Of a DNA stretch of 64,000 bases, positions 32,181 to 41,758 are shown one piece after another. The DNA comes from an uncultured SAR116 cluster alpha proteobacterium (GTDB lineage Bacteria > Pseudomonadota > Alphaproteobacteria > Puniceispirillales > Marisalimonadaceae). The notes under the pieces are model-generated. The model made no database searches, was not told the DNA's origin, and saw nothing but the letters and a program-made list of their open reading frames with translations. The stretch is taken from assembly GCA_902537945.1 (NCBI GenBank), contig CACBDG010000007.1, forward strand, positions 3,355-67,354, written 5' to 3'. Position numbers and translations under genes: made by a program. Positions within the stretch are counted from its first letter, which is position 1; each line of letters starts with the position of its first letter.

Positions 32181-33107
32181 CTAATTAGAACTTTTTCTAA
32201 TGATAGTTCCTACACCATGTTCTGTGAAAAGTTCTAGCAATAAAGAATGAGGCATTCTTCCATCCATAATTACAGATGCCTCTGCACCACCTAAAACTGC
32301 ATTAATGCAGGTTTTAATTTTTGGAATCATACCCCCAACAACAATTTTATTTTTTATTAATTCTTGTGCTTCTGAAATAGTCAATTCTGTAATCAACTTA
32401 CCATTTTGATCAAGAACTCCTGCAACATCAGTTAACATAATCATTCTAGAGGCTTTCATTGCAGCTGAAATAGAACCAGCTGCTGTATCGGCATTTATAT
32501 TATAAGTTAAACCATCTTTTCCAATGCCAACAGGAGCGATCACAGGTATCATTTTTTCATTTATTAAAGCATCAATAACTTGAGGATCAATTTTTTCAGG
32601 CTCACCTACATAGCCAAGATCAATTGCTTTTTCCACATTAGAATCAGTATTCTCATCAACTTTAATTAATCTTTTAGCAGTTATTAAATTTCCATCTTTA
32701 CCAGAAATACCAACGGATTTTGCTCCAGAATTAGCAATTGCTGAAACTATTGATTTATTTGTTACTCCGCTAAGAACCATTTCAACAACATCAATTGTTG
32801 CGGCATCCGTTATTCGAAGTCCATTTATAAACTCGGTTTTTATTTGAAGCTTAGACAACATTTCACCTATTTGAGGCCCACCTCCATGAACTACAACTGG
32901 AAGCATGCCAACTTGTTGTAACAAAACAATATCTTTTGCAAAGCTATTTACGTATTCCTTTTTACCCATTGCATTTCCACCAAACTTTACAACAATCACC
33001 TTATTTGCATAACGTTTCATAAAAGGTAAAGTTTCAGTAAGAAAATCAGCTTTTTTTAGCCATTCAGATTGAATTTGATCTTTATTTTTTTTCAATGTTT
33101 TAACCAT
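32181..33107 (-). CDS. argB: Acetylglutamate kinase
   Basis: VKFGGNAM, VHGGGPQI, NINADTAA, GMIPK. Confidence 0.97.
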   Translation of the reverse strand: MVKTLKKNKDQIQSEWLKKADFLTETLPFMKRYANKVIVVKFGGNAMGKKEYVNSFAKDIVLLQQVGMLPVVVHGGGPQIGEMLSKLQIKTEFINGLRITDAATIDVVEMVLSGVTNKSIVSAIANSGAKSVGISGKDGNLITAKRLIKVDENTDSNVEKAIDLGYVGEPEKIDPQVIDALINEKMIPVIAPVGIGKDGLTYNINADTAAGSISAAMKASRMIMLTDVAGVLDQNGKLITELTISEAQELIKNKIVVGGMIPKIKTCINAVLGGAEASVIMDGRMPHSLLLELFTEHGVGTIIRKSSN

Positions 33108-33171
33108 CTAAAATTTTAATACTACTATTATTATCATATAATTTTGAAATTAATTATTATTTTATCTTTTT

Positions 33172-33807
33172 TTATGCAAAGCTAGCCAAATATGTTCTAA
33201 GCATACTAATACCACGATTTTTTAGACTTGAAGTAACCATTATTTCTGGAAAAGCAGCTGTGTGTTTAGAAATAATATTGCTTGAATTATCTTTCACTTT
33301 CATGATTTCTTCGTCACTCAATTGATCAATCTTTGTAAGAACTAAAATCCAACTTACTGCTGCCATATCAAGTTCTTTCATTATAGTTTTATCTAAGTCT
33401 CCAATTCCTCGCCTGCTATCAATTAACAAACATACAGTTCTGAGTGTTGGTCTTCCTTTTAAATACTTTAAAGTAAGAGATGTCCATGATTGTATATCTT
33501 TCTTTGGTGCTTTAGCATAACCATAACCTGGCAAATCAACTAATCTAAGCCTGTTGTTTTGATAAACAAGATCAAAAAATATCAATTGCCTAGTTCTTCC
33601 TGGTGTTTGACTAGTTCTAGCTAACATTTTTCTATTAGTAAGAGCATTAACTAGCGAACTTTTGCCAACATTAGATCTTCCTGCAAAAGCTACCTCATTA
33701 CCTTCCTCAGGAGGTATAGCATTGATATTGAGAGCTGCTGCTACGAATTTACATTCTCCTGAAAATACTTTTCTAGCTTTTTCAATTTCAAGATCATCAT
33801 ATAACAA
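33172..33807 (-). CDS. engB: Ribosome biogenesis GTPase YihA/YsxC
   Basis: GRSNVGKSS, DLPGYG, TKID. Confidence 0.95.
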   Translation of the reverse strand: MLYDDLEIEKARKVFSGECKFVAAALNINAIPPEEGNEVAFAGRSNVGKSSLVNALTNRKMLARTSQTPGRTRQLIFFDLVYQNNRLRLVDLPGYGYAKAPKKDIQSWTSLTLKYLKGRPTLRTVCLLIDSRRGIGDLDKTIMKELDMAAVSWILVLTKIDQLSDEEIMKVKDNSSNIISKHTAAFPEIMVTSSLKNRGISMLRTYLASFA

Positions 33808-33820
33808 AAATTTAACCTTC

Positions 33821-35545
33821 TTATTTAGTTTCTTTATTCATCTTATTCATAATTACCCATTGCTGACATATAGAAAGTAGATTATTCCACGTCCAATATA
33901 TGACTAAACCCGCGGGGAAAGTTGCTAATAAAAATGTAAATGCAACTGGCATCCAAGCAAATATTTTTGCCTGTATAGGGTCTGGTGGAGTTGGGTTTAG
34001 TCTTTGTTGTAAAAACATAGTTACACCCATTAACAAAGGCCAAATACCAATATTTAAAAAATCTGGTAACACTGATGTACTGTAAGGAAGTAAACCAAAT
34101 AGGTTAAAAATGCTGGTTGGATCTTGAACAGACAAATCTTTAATCCAACCAAAAAAAGGTGTTTGCCTCATTTCAATTGAAACAAATAAAACCTTATATA
34201 GAGCAAAGAATACTGGAATCTGAACTAAAATTGGCAAACATCCTGCTGCAGGATTTACTTTCTCTTTCTTATAAAGATTCATCATTTCTTGATTTAATTT
34301 TTGACGATCATCACCAACTCTTTCTCTCAATTTTTGAATCTGAGGTGTTAGCACTCTCATTTTAGCCATGCTCTTATACGATTTATTTGCTAATGGAAAA
34401 AATAGTAATTTAACAATTACTGTTATAGCTAAAATTGCTAATCCAAAATTACCTAAATAATCATTTGCCCAAGATAAAGCATAAAAGAAAGGTTTCGTTA
34501 AAAAGTAAAACCAACCAAAATCAATAGCTAAATCGAAATGTTTAATATTAAATTTTTGTTCATATTCATCAAACAAAGATAATCTTTTAGCTCCTGCAAA
34601 TGTCCTTGATAAAAATTCGCCTTTAGAATTTGCAGAAATTGTTACGGCACTGCCTAGGAAATCAGTTTGATATTGTCCACCATTTGAGCTTAATTTTCTA
34701 TAAGTAAAATTGTATTTTTGATTTTGATCTGGTAATAAAGCTGTCATCCAATATTTGTCAGTTAATCCGATCCAACCACCTGCTTCGTTTGGCTTTATAT
34801 TAATCCCCTTTTTTCCCACCTCTGTTAAATCACCGTAACTTTTTTCTGACAACGTTCCATCAAAAACCCCTAATGGACCTTCATGCAATACAAAAAAATC
34901 AATTGTTTGAGGTTCACCAGCTCTTCTAATTAAACCATATGGATATAGAGTAACTGACTTAGCAGAGTTATTTTCTACTCTTTGGTTAACAGTAATCATA
35001 AAAGTATCATCAATACTAATGTCTTGATAAAAATTAATACCTTCACCATTGTTCCACTTTAAGGTAACTTTTTTTTCAGGTGTTACAAAATTACTTGATG
35101 ATTGCCATAATGTTTTACCATTTGGGACTTTAACACCATCAGGACTACTCCAACCAAATTCAATGAAATATGGTGTCCTACCGTTAGACTTCAATAATAG
35201 TTTAATCATATCACTCTCAGGCTCTAGTGTTTCTCTATACTGTGTTAATGTGATATCGTCTATTCTTGCACCTTTTAAGGATATGGATCCTGATACTTCT
35301 TTACTTTCCATCATAATTCTAGGAACTGTTTTATTTTGATCAGTAGGCTCTGTATTATCCGATGTAGTAATCCCACTATCAGCAATTTCAGGCAAAGGAA
35401 TATTAGAACTGTCGTCATTTTCTTTTGTGATTGTGTTTTGTTGATATAAATCTTTTTTTGGATCAACGAATAATATTTGATAGCCTATAAGTACGGCCAT
35501 AGATAAGCAGATAGCTGCAACTAAATTTCTTGTTTCTGGGTTCAT
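33821..35545 (-). CDS. yidC: Membrane protein insertase
   Basis: IDFGWFYFLTKP, NPAAGCLP, GLVIYWTWNN. Confidence 0.97.
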   Translation of the reverse strand: MNPETRNLVAAICLSMAVLIGYQILFVDPKKDLYQQNTITKENDDSSNIPLPEIADSGITTSDNTEPTDQNKTVPRIMMESKEVSGSISLKGARIDDITLTQYRETLEPESDMIKLLLKSNGRTPYFIEFGWSSPDGVKVPNGKTLWQSSSNFVTPEKKVTLKWNNGEGINFYQDISIDDTFMITVNQRVENNSAKSVTLYPYGLIRRAGEPQTIDFFVLHEGPLGVFDGTLSEKSYGDLTEVGKKGINIKPNEAGGWIGLTDKYWMTALLPDQNQKYNFTYRKLSSNGGQYQTDFLGSAVTISANSKGEFLSRTFAGAKRLSLFDEYEQKFNIKHFDLAIDFGWFYFLTKPFFYALSWANDYLGNFGLAILAITVIVKLLFFPLANKSYKSMAKMRVLTPQIQKLRERVGDDRQKLNQEMMNLYKKEKVNPAAGCLPILVQIPVFFALYKVLFVSIEMRQTPFFGWIKDLSVQDPTSIFNLFGLLPYSTSVLPDFLNIGIWPLLMGVTMFLQQRLNPTPPDPIQAKIFAWMPVAFTFLLATFPAGLVIYWTWNNLLSICQQWVIMNKMNKETK

Positions 35546-35645
35546 TTTTTCTCGCTCAATTTATATCTTATAGAAATTTTACCATATTTTTCTTATATTT
35601 GTTTATCCTAAAGTATTCATGATTAAAAGAAATGAAATTAATAAT

Positions 35646-35867
35646 TCATTTTATAGGATCATGTCCACTTTTTCCCCATGGATGACATTTAATTATTCTT
35701 TTAAAACCCAAACAAATTCCCTTTGTTAAACCATACTTGATTATCGAGTCTTTTGTGTATTCTGAACAAGTGGGTAAATATCTGCAATTATTTCCCAAAA
35801 GAGGTGAAATAATATATTTGTATGCATCAATTATAGAAATGGAGAAAAATGTTAAAAGTCTTTTCAT
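35646..35867 (-). CDS. yidD: Membrane protein insertion efficiency factor
   Basis: CRYLPTCSEY, RIIKCHPWG. Confidence 0.93.
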   Translation of the reverse strand: MKRLLTFFSISIIDAYKYIISPLLGNNCRYLPTCSEYTKDSIIKYGLTKGICLGFKRIIKCHPWGKSGHDPIK

Positions 35868-36208
35868 AATGATCTACTCAAACATTCTTTCAATTGATGA
35901 TGCATATCAAAAAAAGAAGCCTTCAAAATTGACTTTTTAGCTATTAAAACATAAATGTATTTTTCTTTAAACAGAATTTTATCTTCTTTTAATAATCCTG
36001 AGATCAATGCTCTCATTCTTCTTTTTGCCCTATTTCTTTTTACTGCGTTGCCAATCCTTTTGGTTGCAGTAAAACCAAATTTAAGCCCTTGATCTGAAAT
36101 ATTTGGGTTACAATACTCCTGTAATATGAAATTTTTGTTAAACTTTTTTTGCCCATGCTTGTTTGATAAAACAAAATCTCTTCTCTTTTTTAAAGTTACA
36201 AGTTTCAT
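35864..36208 (-). CDS. rnpA: Ribonuclease P protein component
   Basis: GFTATKRIGNAVKRNRAKRR. Confidence 0.95.
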   Translation of the reverse strand: MKLVTLKKRRDFVLSNKHGQKKFNKNFILQEYCNPNISDQGLKFGFTATKRIGNAVKRNRAKRRMRALISGLLKEDKILFKEKYIYVLIAKKSILKASFFDMHHQLKECLSRSL

Positions 36209-36266
36209 TTTAGCAGCTCATAAGCTATTTAACTTAACAAATAAGATATAGAAATGAATAAGAGAG

Positions 36267-36401
36267 TTAAGCTGAGAGTTTTTTTCTACCCTTAGCTCTT
36301 CTACTACGAATTACATTTCTCCCACCAACAGTGGACATTCTAGCTCTATATCCATGTCTTCTTTTTCTTACTAAATTACTTGGTTGAAATGTTCGTTTCA
36401 T
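36267..36401 (-). CDS. rpmH: 50S ribosomal protein L34 (absent from ORF track)
   Basis: Manual translation [44 protein letters not shown]; upstream of rnpA. Confidence 0.97.
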   Translation of the reverse strand: MKRTFQPSNLVRKRRHGYRARMSTVGGRNVIRSRRAKGRKKLSA

Positions 36402-36478
36402 TGTGTATCTGTATTATATACAGCCTCTAAAATTATTTTTAATTTACTTAGACGCTTTGCATCAGTTAGTCAATATGA

Positions 36479-36970
36479 TTATTTTTGTGTGCGCTCAGAA
36501 ATTGTAGGAGCTGGCTTCATTTCCATATCCCAAGGAAAATAGATCCATGTATCTTGAGAAACTTCTGTTATAAATGTATCAACTTGTTCTCTGCCACTTG
36601 GTTTAGCATATACTGTTGCATAATGAGCATTTGGCAAATTTAATCTAATAGCTTTAATAGTCTCACCAGTATCAACAAGATCATCAACTATAAGCCAACC
36701 TTCACCATTATTTGCAACACTAGATTCTTTTAATATTTTTATATCACCCTTAGTTTTTTGGCTATAAGATAACACACAAAAGGTATCTATTAATCTGATA
36801 TCTAATTCTCTAGCCACTATCGCTGCAGGCACTAGCCCTCCTCTTGTAACAGCAATTATTCCTTTACATGGCTTTAATTCAGATAAACGCCAGGCTAAAG
36901 CTTTACTGTTCCTGTGAATTTCTTCCCAAGACACTGGAAAAGATTTATCATATGTATTTATAGTGCTCAT
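36479..36970 (-). CDS. gpt: Xanthine phosphoribosyltransferase
   Basis: [29 protein letters not shown]. Confidence 0.95.
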   Translation of the reverse strand: MSTINTYDKSFPVSWEEIHRNSKALAWRLSELKPCKGIIAVTRGGLVPAAIVARELDIRLIDTFCVLSYSQKTKGDIKILKESSVANNGEGWLIVDDLVDTGETIKAIRLNLPNAHYATVYAKPSGREQVDTFITEVSQDTWIYFPWDMEMKPAPTISERTQK

Positions 36971-37091
36971 AAGAATTAAATAAAAATTAAAATAATAACT
37001 TTTACACTAAAATTAACAAAAATATAATATTTATTTTCTTACTTGATTATAATTATTTATGTAGATAACTATTAGAAAGAATTTAAAAAGT

Positions 37092-37168
37092 GCGCTCGTA
37101 GCTCAGCTGGATAGAGCACTAGACTACGAATCTAGGGGTCAGGGGTTCGAATCCTCTCGAGCGCACCA
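37092..37168 (+). tRNA. tRNA-Arg(ACG); its 3' part is attL
   Basis: Acceptor stem GCGCTCG/CGAGCGC, D arm GCTC/GAGC, anticodon arm CTAGA-CTACGAA-TCTAG, T loop TTCGAAT, encoded CCA. Confidence 0.98.
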
Positions 37169-37183
37169 TTTCTTTCTTATTAA

Positions 37184-37196
37184 TATCAATTAGTTA
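37184..37196 (+). promoter_or_regulatory. IHF-binding consensus site in the att arm
   Basis: TATCAATTAGTTA matches WATCAANNNNTTR; further matches at 44262-44274 (-), 47986-47998 (-) and 48077-48089 (+), all next to att copies. Confidence 0.7.
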
Positions 37197-37234
37197 AGAG
37201 AATAGAAACTAAATACACTTCAGAGAATACTCAG

Positions 37235-37257
37235 TTTTGACACAGATTTGACACAGT
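37235..37257 (+). repeat. Integrase arm-type site, left end of island 1
   Basis: TTTTGACACAGATTTGACACAGT; identical copy at 44101-44123, degenerate copy near 48128-48150. Confidence 0.85.
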
Positions 37258-37272
37258 AAAAGGAGTCAAATT

Positions 37273-38256
37273 ATGGGTTGTGTTCGTAAAAGAGGAAAAT
37301 CATGGAACGCTCAAGTTAGAATATCTGGATGGAGAAGTTTTACAAAAACATTTGAAACTAAATTAGATGCAACTGAATGGGTTTTTAATTTTGAAAAAGA
37401 ACTTAGGTCAAAACCAATTCCAGAAAAAAATATTAAAAGTTTAAAACTAAAAGACCTATTTAATAAATATAAATTAGAAATTCTTCCCAAGTTAAAAAGT
37501 TATAAAATTGTTTGTTTTAAGTTAAATATTTTATCTAGATCATGGTTAGGTGAGATTAAAGTTATCAATTTAACAAAAAGACATTTAGAACAATTTTGTA
37601 CAGACAGAAAATTAATAGTCAAAGATGGAACTATTAAATCTGAATTGATGTTAATAAAAAGAGTTTTTAAAATTGCAATAGACAAATGGGATTATGGAAT
37701 ACCATTTAATGCTTTTAATGGACTAGAAATCCCCTCACCTCACAAACCAAGAACTAGACGACTTCTTTTAAATGAATTGTCTGTTCTTATTTTTAATGCA
37801 GAAAAACAAAGAAATAAATACATATCTACAATAATTCAATTTGCAGTAGAAACTGGAATGAGAAGATCTGAGATACTTAAACTTAAATGGAATGATGTAA
37901 ACCTAGATACTGGAATTGCCTCACTCTATGATACTAAAAATGGGGACGATAGACATATTCCATTAACTAAGACTGCTATAGAATTACTATATAATCTAAC
38001 CCAATCATCAGAGTTTGTATTTCCTATAACTGCAAACTGTCTTAGACTTGCATGGGATAGATGTAGAAACAAATCGAATATACAAGGATTAAGGTTCCAT
38101 GATTTAAGACATGAGGCAATATCAAGGTTTTTTGAAATGGAATTATCTGTTCCAGAGGTTGCATTAATATCTGGTCATAAAGATGTAAGACAACTGTTTA
38201 GATACACTCATTTAAAACCAGAGAGTTTAATTGCTAAGTATTCTAATATATTTTGA
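37273..38256 (+). CDS. Tyrosine recombinase/integrase
   Basis: N-terminal arm-binding VRKRGKSWNAQVR; catalytic TGMRRSE, TKNG, FHDLRH, SGH, RYTH; AAGGAG RBS. Confidence 0.96.
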   Translation: MGCVRKRGKSWNAQVRISGWRSFTKTFETKLDATEWVFNFEKELRSKPIPEKNIKSLKLKDLFNKYKLEILPKLKSYKIVCFKLNILSRSWLGEIKVINLTKRHLEQFCTDRKLIVKDGTIKSELMLIKRVFKIAIDKWDYGIPFNAFNGLEIPSPHKPRTRRLLLNELSVLIFNAEKQRNKYISTIIQFAVETGMRRSEILKLKWNDVNLDTGIASLYDTKNGDDRHIPLTKTAIELLYNLTQSSEFVFPITANCLRLAWDRCRNKSNIQGLRFHDLRHEAISRFFEMELSVPEVALISGHKDVRQLFRYTHLKPESLIAKYSNIF

Positions 38257-38298
38257 TTAATTTATATTTTAGAATTATTAAAAAATTTTGAGTTAAAA

Positions 38299-39000
38299 AT
38301 GATTGATATAAATTTTGACGTTTATTCAGATACTCCTGAAGGGAAAGATCCTGACAGTTATAGTCCAACACTTCGTAATTATCACAAAATTCTTTGGAGT
38401 AAATCATTACCAAATAAACAGAAATTTAATTTAGATTTAGATTTTCCTAAACTGCTTCATCATCAATCAAATTTAGGTGAGTTTTTTTTATCAAGTGATT
38501 CAATCGGTCATACATATAAAAATGTAAAAAAAATGTCTCATATTGTAAGTCAATTATCATCTAATGACATGGAAACCTTTTTTAAAAAGTGCAGTACTGT
38601 TGGTGCTTATATGATTTTTCCATCTAAACAAGTTGATAGAAAAATGACTATCAATGCTGCAAGGGGAGTAAATAGTAAAATACAAGATAGGTTTGATCTT
38701 ACACTAGAATGTATAAGAAGGTTGTATGTTCAAGAAGAAAGTCCTCTTACAGTCACACTTGAAAGATACACCTCATTCTTCAATCTATTTCAAGATTTTA
38801 AAGGTTATGTAGACTTCTTTCATCTTCAGGATTTAGTAGATAAAGACTATTCAAAGATCTTACATTGGCATCCATTTATAAATTTTGATAACTCACCAAT
38901 GCCCAAAAATCTTGAGGAGTTTTCTAACTATAAAGATAACGTTATGAGTTTTATTACCAAACGTAATCAAAGAATTTTAATGTTTAATAAAACCATCTAA
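38299..39000 (+). CDS. Conserved hypothetical protein (resembles DUF6994)
   Basis: KDPDSYSPTLRNYHKILWSK, SSDSIGH, TINAARG, IQDRFDLTLECIR; family name from recall, not searched. Confidence 0.65.
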   Translation: MIDINFDVYSDTPEGKDPDSYSPTLRNYHKILWSKSLPNKQKFNLDLDFPKLLHHQSNLGEFFLSSDSIGHTYKNVKKMSHIVSQLSSNDMETFFKKCSTVGAYMIFPSKQVDRKMTINAARGVNSKIQDRFDLTLECIRRLYVQEESPLTVTLERYTSFFNLFQDFKGYVDFFHLQDLVDKDYSKILHWHPFINFDNSPMPKNLEEFSNYKDNVMSFITKRNQRILMFNKTI

Positions 39001-39121
39001 ACTGCGGATAATTGTGGAATTTCATATCAAATCAATATACCTAAATACTAGAGATAAAGAATACTCCTTAAAACATTGTTCTGTTGTGTTCTGTATCTGT
39101 TATTTATGAGTACTTTGAATT

Positions 39122-39160
39122 AAGAGAGGAGTTTTTCATGAGGACTTCTCTCTTTTCATT
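39122..39160 (+). terminator. Rho-independent terminator between convergent genes
   Basis: 14-bp stem AAGAGAGGAGTTTT/AGGACTTCTCTCTT (G-U pairs on +), loop TCATG, T-rich tail. Confidence 0.7.
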
Positions 39161-39161
39161 T

Positions 39162-39563
39162 CTACTTTATGTGATTACAAACTCGTTTTAATATCATTTC
39201 ACCAGATGAATTAGGAATAAGATATTCAAACTTGTCATTATATTGGTCAGTTTGAAAAGGTCTGTCAGTTGCTTTTAGTGTTTTGTGTTCATTTGCAACT
39301 AAAGTTCTCATTCTAAATAATTTACAGTCTGCTTGTATATATCTTGTCCAAGAGAGGATTAGATGTAGTTTTTGAAGTTTGTCATATTTTTTGATTGGTT
39401 TAGGAAATTCAGTTAAATCCCAATAATATACATATCCATCAACGTTTCTAATTCTGTCATAATCTACGTACCAGTTACCTTCAATTTTTGTCCATTCACT
39501 CCAAGAAGGTGATGAGAACATAACTGAAAACAAAATTGTCATTAATATTGATAGTTTTTTCAT
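39162..39563 (-). CDS. Secreted protein, surface-adhesin-E-like
   Basis: Signal peptide followed by EWTKI..WYVDYDRIR..GYVYYWDL, QADCK..R and a C-terminal VC. Confidence 0.65.
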   Translation of the reverse strand: MKKLSILMTILFSVMFSSPSWSEWTKIEGNWYVDYDRIRNVDGYVYYWDLTEFPKPIKKYDKLQKLHLILSWTRYIQADCKLFRMRTLVANEHKTLKATDRPFQTDQYNDKFEYLIPNSSGEMILKRVCNHIK

Positions 39564-39580
39564 TCTGAATATTTCTTAAA

Positions 39581-40153
39581 TTAATTATTAATAACAATTC
39601 CTTTAACTAATAATTTGGGTAATAATATTGCACTCCATCCACCTGCTAAAGGATTTTGTTTAACAACATTTCTTTGAACTAACTGTCGATAATCATCATA
39701 AATATCATTTTTAATTAGATATGAAACTGTGTTTGCCCAAGTCTTCATTTCAAATGATTTATTAGACATTTTAATTGCTAACATAACTCCGTCTAGATTT
39801 TCTTTAGTAACTTTAAAAGTATTAAATAAGTCATATTTAAATTTTAATTTGTGATTAAGAAACTCATTAACCCTAGTTATATTAGTGTTTGAAGTTTGAA
39901 TATAATTGTATTCTCCTAAAACCCATTCCTCTTCTTTAGGTGTAAGGGGTGATATATCTTTAATAAAAACTTCTTTCAAAAACACTACTGTTTTTTTTGC
40001 CAAACAAAATCTTTCTTTGTTATTGAAACTTTTATCATCCATTAATCTACTCCATACATAATCCATTTCTTGTTTTGAACAAGATTTAAACTATTCACTA
40101 AAAGAATTAGAGGTAATAAAGAATAAAAATATAAAAATTAGAATTTTTCTCAT
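39581..40153 (-). pseudogene. Secreted hypothetical protein with an in-frame TAG just after the signal peptide
   Basis: ATG 40153 with AGGA RBS gives MRKILIFIFLFFITSNSFSE*FKSCSKQE, in frame with the 161-aa ORF; stop at 40091-40093. Confidence 0.7.
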
Positions 40154-40248
40154 AACAAAAATCCTATCTCTAAATTCCTAAAATTTCAATTTGTATAAAT
40201 ATCAATAACATACAATTTAGATTACAAACCTATTGAGTTACAATTATA

Positions 40249-40593
40249 TATTGGAACGGATCTTAGTTAGGTAACCAGTTTTTATTATGAAACACCCAAG
40301 TTGGAATGGTGTTTAAATATTCCCAATAGGACAAGGGAGAACTTACCCTTACAGAATATGAAGTTTATCTTCATCAGACTCATATTCTGACCGAAGTTAA
40401 AGTTGAGAAAGAATCTGACTGCATTGTGCCAACTCTGGAATGCCTCAGATAGAATGGGATATCGGACTTCTCACCCAACTAAATGAATTGCAAAGGTAAT
40501 GCTATTGGTTCATGTAGTTTCTCAGATGAAGATGTGAACTTGGTCATCAGACTCAAGAAAACCACTTAACCTTTGAGTAGGTTAAGTGTGTCC
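40249..40593 (+). ncRNA. Putative large structured ncRNA with two pseudoknots, family unknown
   Basis: No ORF; more than 9 mutually compatible helices, two loop-mediated long-range pairings (9 bp and 6 bp), G-U pairs consistent only with +; candidate promoter TTTAGA-N17-TACAAT at 40216-40244. Confidence 0.7.
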
Positions 40594-40628
40594 AAAATCA
40601 TCTCCTCAAGAAGTTTGAACAATTGCTT

Positions 40629-41540
40629 TTAAAATATACTTCCTACTAACGGTATTAAAAAAAGTGCAATTATGTATGTCAAAATACCAGACCTGACTAC
40701 AGCATCTGTTTTTACCTTGTAAATAGAAGCAAATACTAGTCCCATTGCTCCAATAGGTGTTGCAGAAAGCATTAAAGTAGTTTTTGCATCTATAAAGGAA
40801 ATACCTGATAACCAAATTATTGTTATTAATACTGTTAAAAAACCAAATAATTTTAAAAATGTAATTAAAAAAGATAATTGTATCTGTGTTGTATCTGTCT
40901 TGTAAGATAATAAGATACCCATTGCTAATAAAGTTAATGGAACACCTGAGGCACATATAAAATCTACTAATCTATTACTACTTTCTGGAAGATTTATAGA
41001 ACTATGGTAAATTATTAAACCGAGTATCAAACCTATAAAAGCAGGATTCTTTATCTGTTTTAACACTGCCTTTTTAATATCTAATCTATTTTGAGTAGTA
41101 AAATCTAATGCACACACACTTAATCCAACTGTAATAAAGTCAGCAGCAATAACTGTTTCAATCGGAACAATATCTTTAGCAGTAAATTCAACTAATAGTA
41201 TTGGATATAAAAAAAATAAATGATTTCCAAAAGATGCCGTCATTCCAATTATGATACATTCAGGATTTTCTCTATTAAAAAACTTTTTTGCTATAATAAA
41301 TGCAATAAAATAAATAAATCCTTGTGCTAAAAGGTAACAAAAATATAACTTCCAGTTTATGAACTCATAATTTAAGTTTCCAATTATTTTAATACCGAAA
41401 GCAGGCACTACAACTATAGCAACAAGTTTAGAAAATATTTTTGCTTCAGAATCATTAAATAATGAAAATTTTCCTAATGAATAACCAATAAACACCAGAC
41501 CAAAAAGAGGTAAAGTGGAGAAAAATAGATTTGAAAACAT
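40629..41540 (-). CDS. AEC (auxin efflux carrier) family transporter
   Basis: About 10 TM segments; ASFGN, IKNPAFIG, PLTLLAMG. Confidence 0.85.
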   Translation of the reverse strand: MFSNLFFSTLPLFGLVFIGYSLGKFSLFNDSEAKIFSKLVAIVVVPAFGIKIIGNLNYEFINWKLYFCYLLAQGFIYFIAFIIAKKFFNRENPECIIIGMTASFGNHLFFLYPILLVEFTAKDIVPIETVIAADFITVGLSVCALDFTTQNRLDIKKAVLKQIKNPAFIGLILGLIIYHSSINLPESSNRLVDFICASGVPLTLLAMGILLSYKTDTTQIQLSFLITFLKLFGFLTVLITIIWLSGISFIDAKTTLMLSATPIGAMGLVFASIYKVKTDAVVRSGILTYIIALFLIPLVGSIF

Positions 41541-41758
41541 TTATAAATATCCCACTTCCTTACACATTTAAAATGGAAAATTTAAATGTTGTCTTAAATT
41601 ACTATGGATGATTTTTTTAACAAGTTAATAATTACTATCAAAATAAAATGTCTATTTTTCAATCATAAAAATTCTTAACAAATTATAAATTGGGATTTAT
41701 GCGATAAACATAGTTAACTATTATTTATAAAATCATAAACTTAAATATTGGTGTTTAA

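Noticed and set aside
1451-35940. Short ORF-track entries overlapping core genes (e.g. 1451, 5236, 13429, 22817, 23154, 26690, 35049)
   Set aside because: Antisense or alternate-frame shadows of well-supported genes or of ffs, with no motifs
40330-40560. Hammerhead ribozyme: two CTGATGA motifs on the minus strand
   Set aside because: Neither is followed by a stem II closing onto GAAA with a matching stem III, and G-U pairing favours the + strand
40249-40593. RNase P RNA, tmRNA, group I/II intron, retron msr-msd or a cobalamin riboswitch
   Set aside because: Diagnostic conserved sequences (GAGGAAAGUCC/P4, tRNA-like T arm with CCA, intron core motifs, B12 box) are not visible, and there is no reverse transcriptase or downstream co-oriented gene; not formally excluded without cmscan
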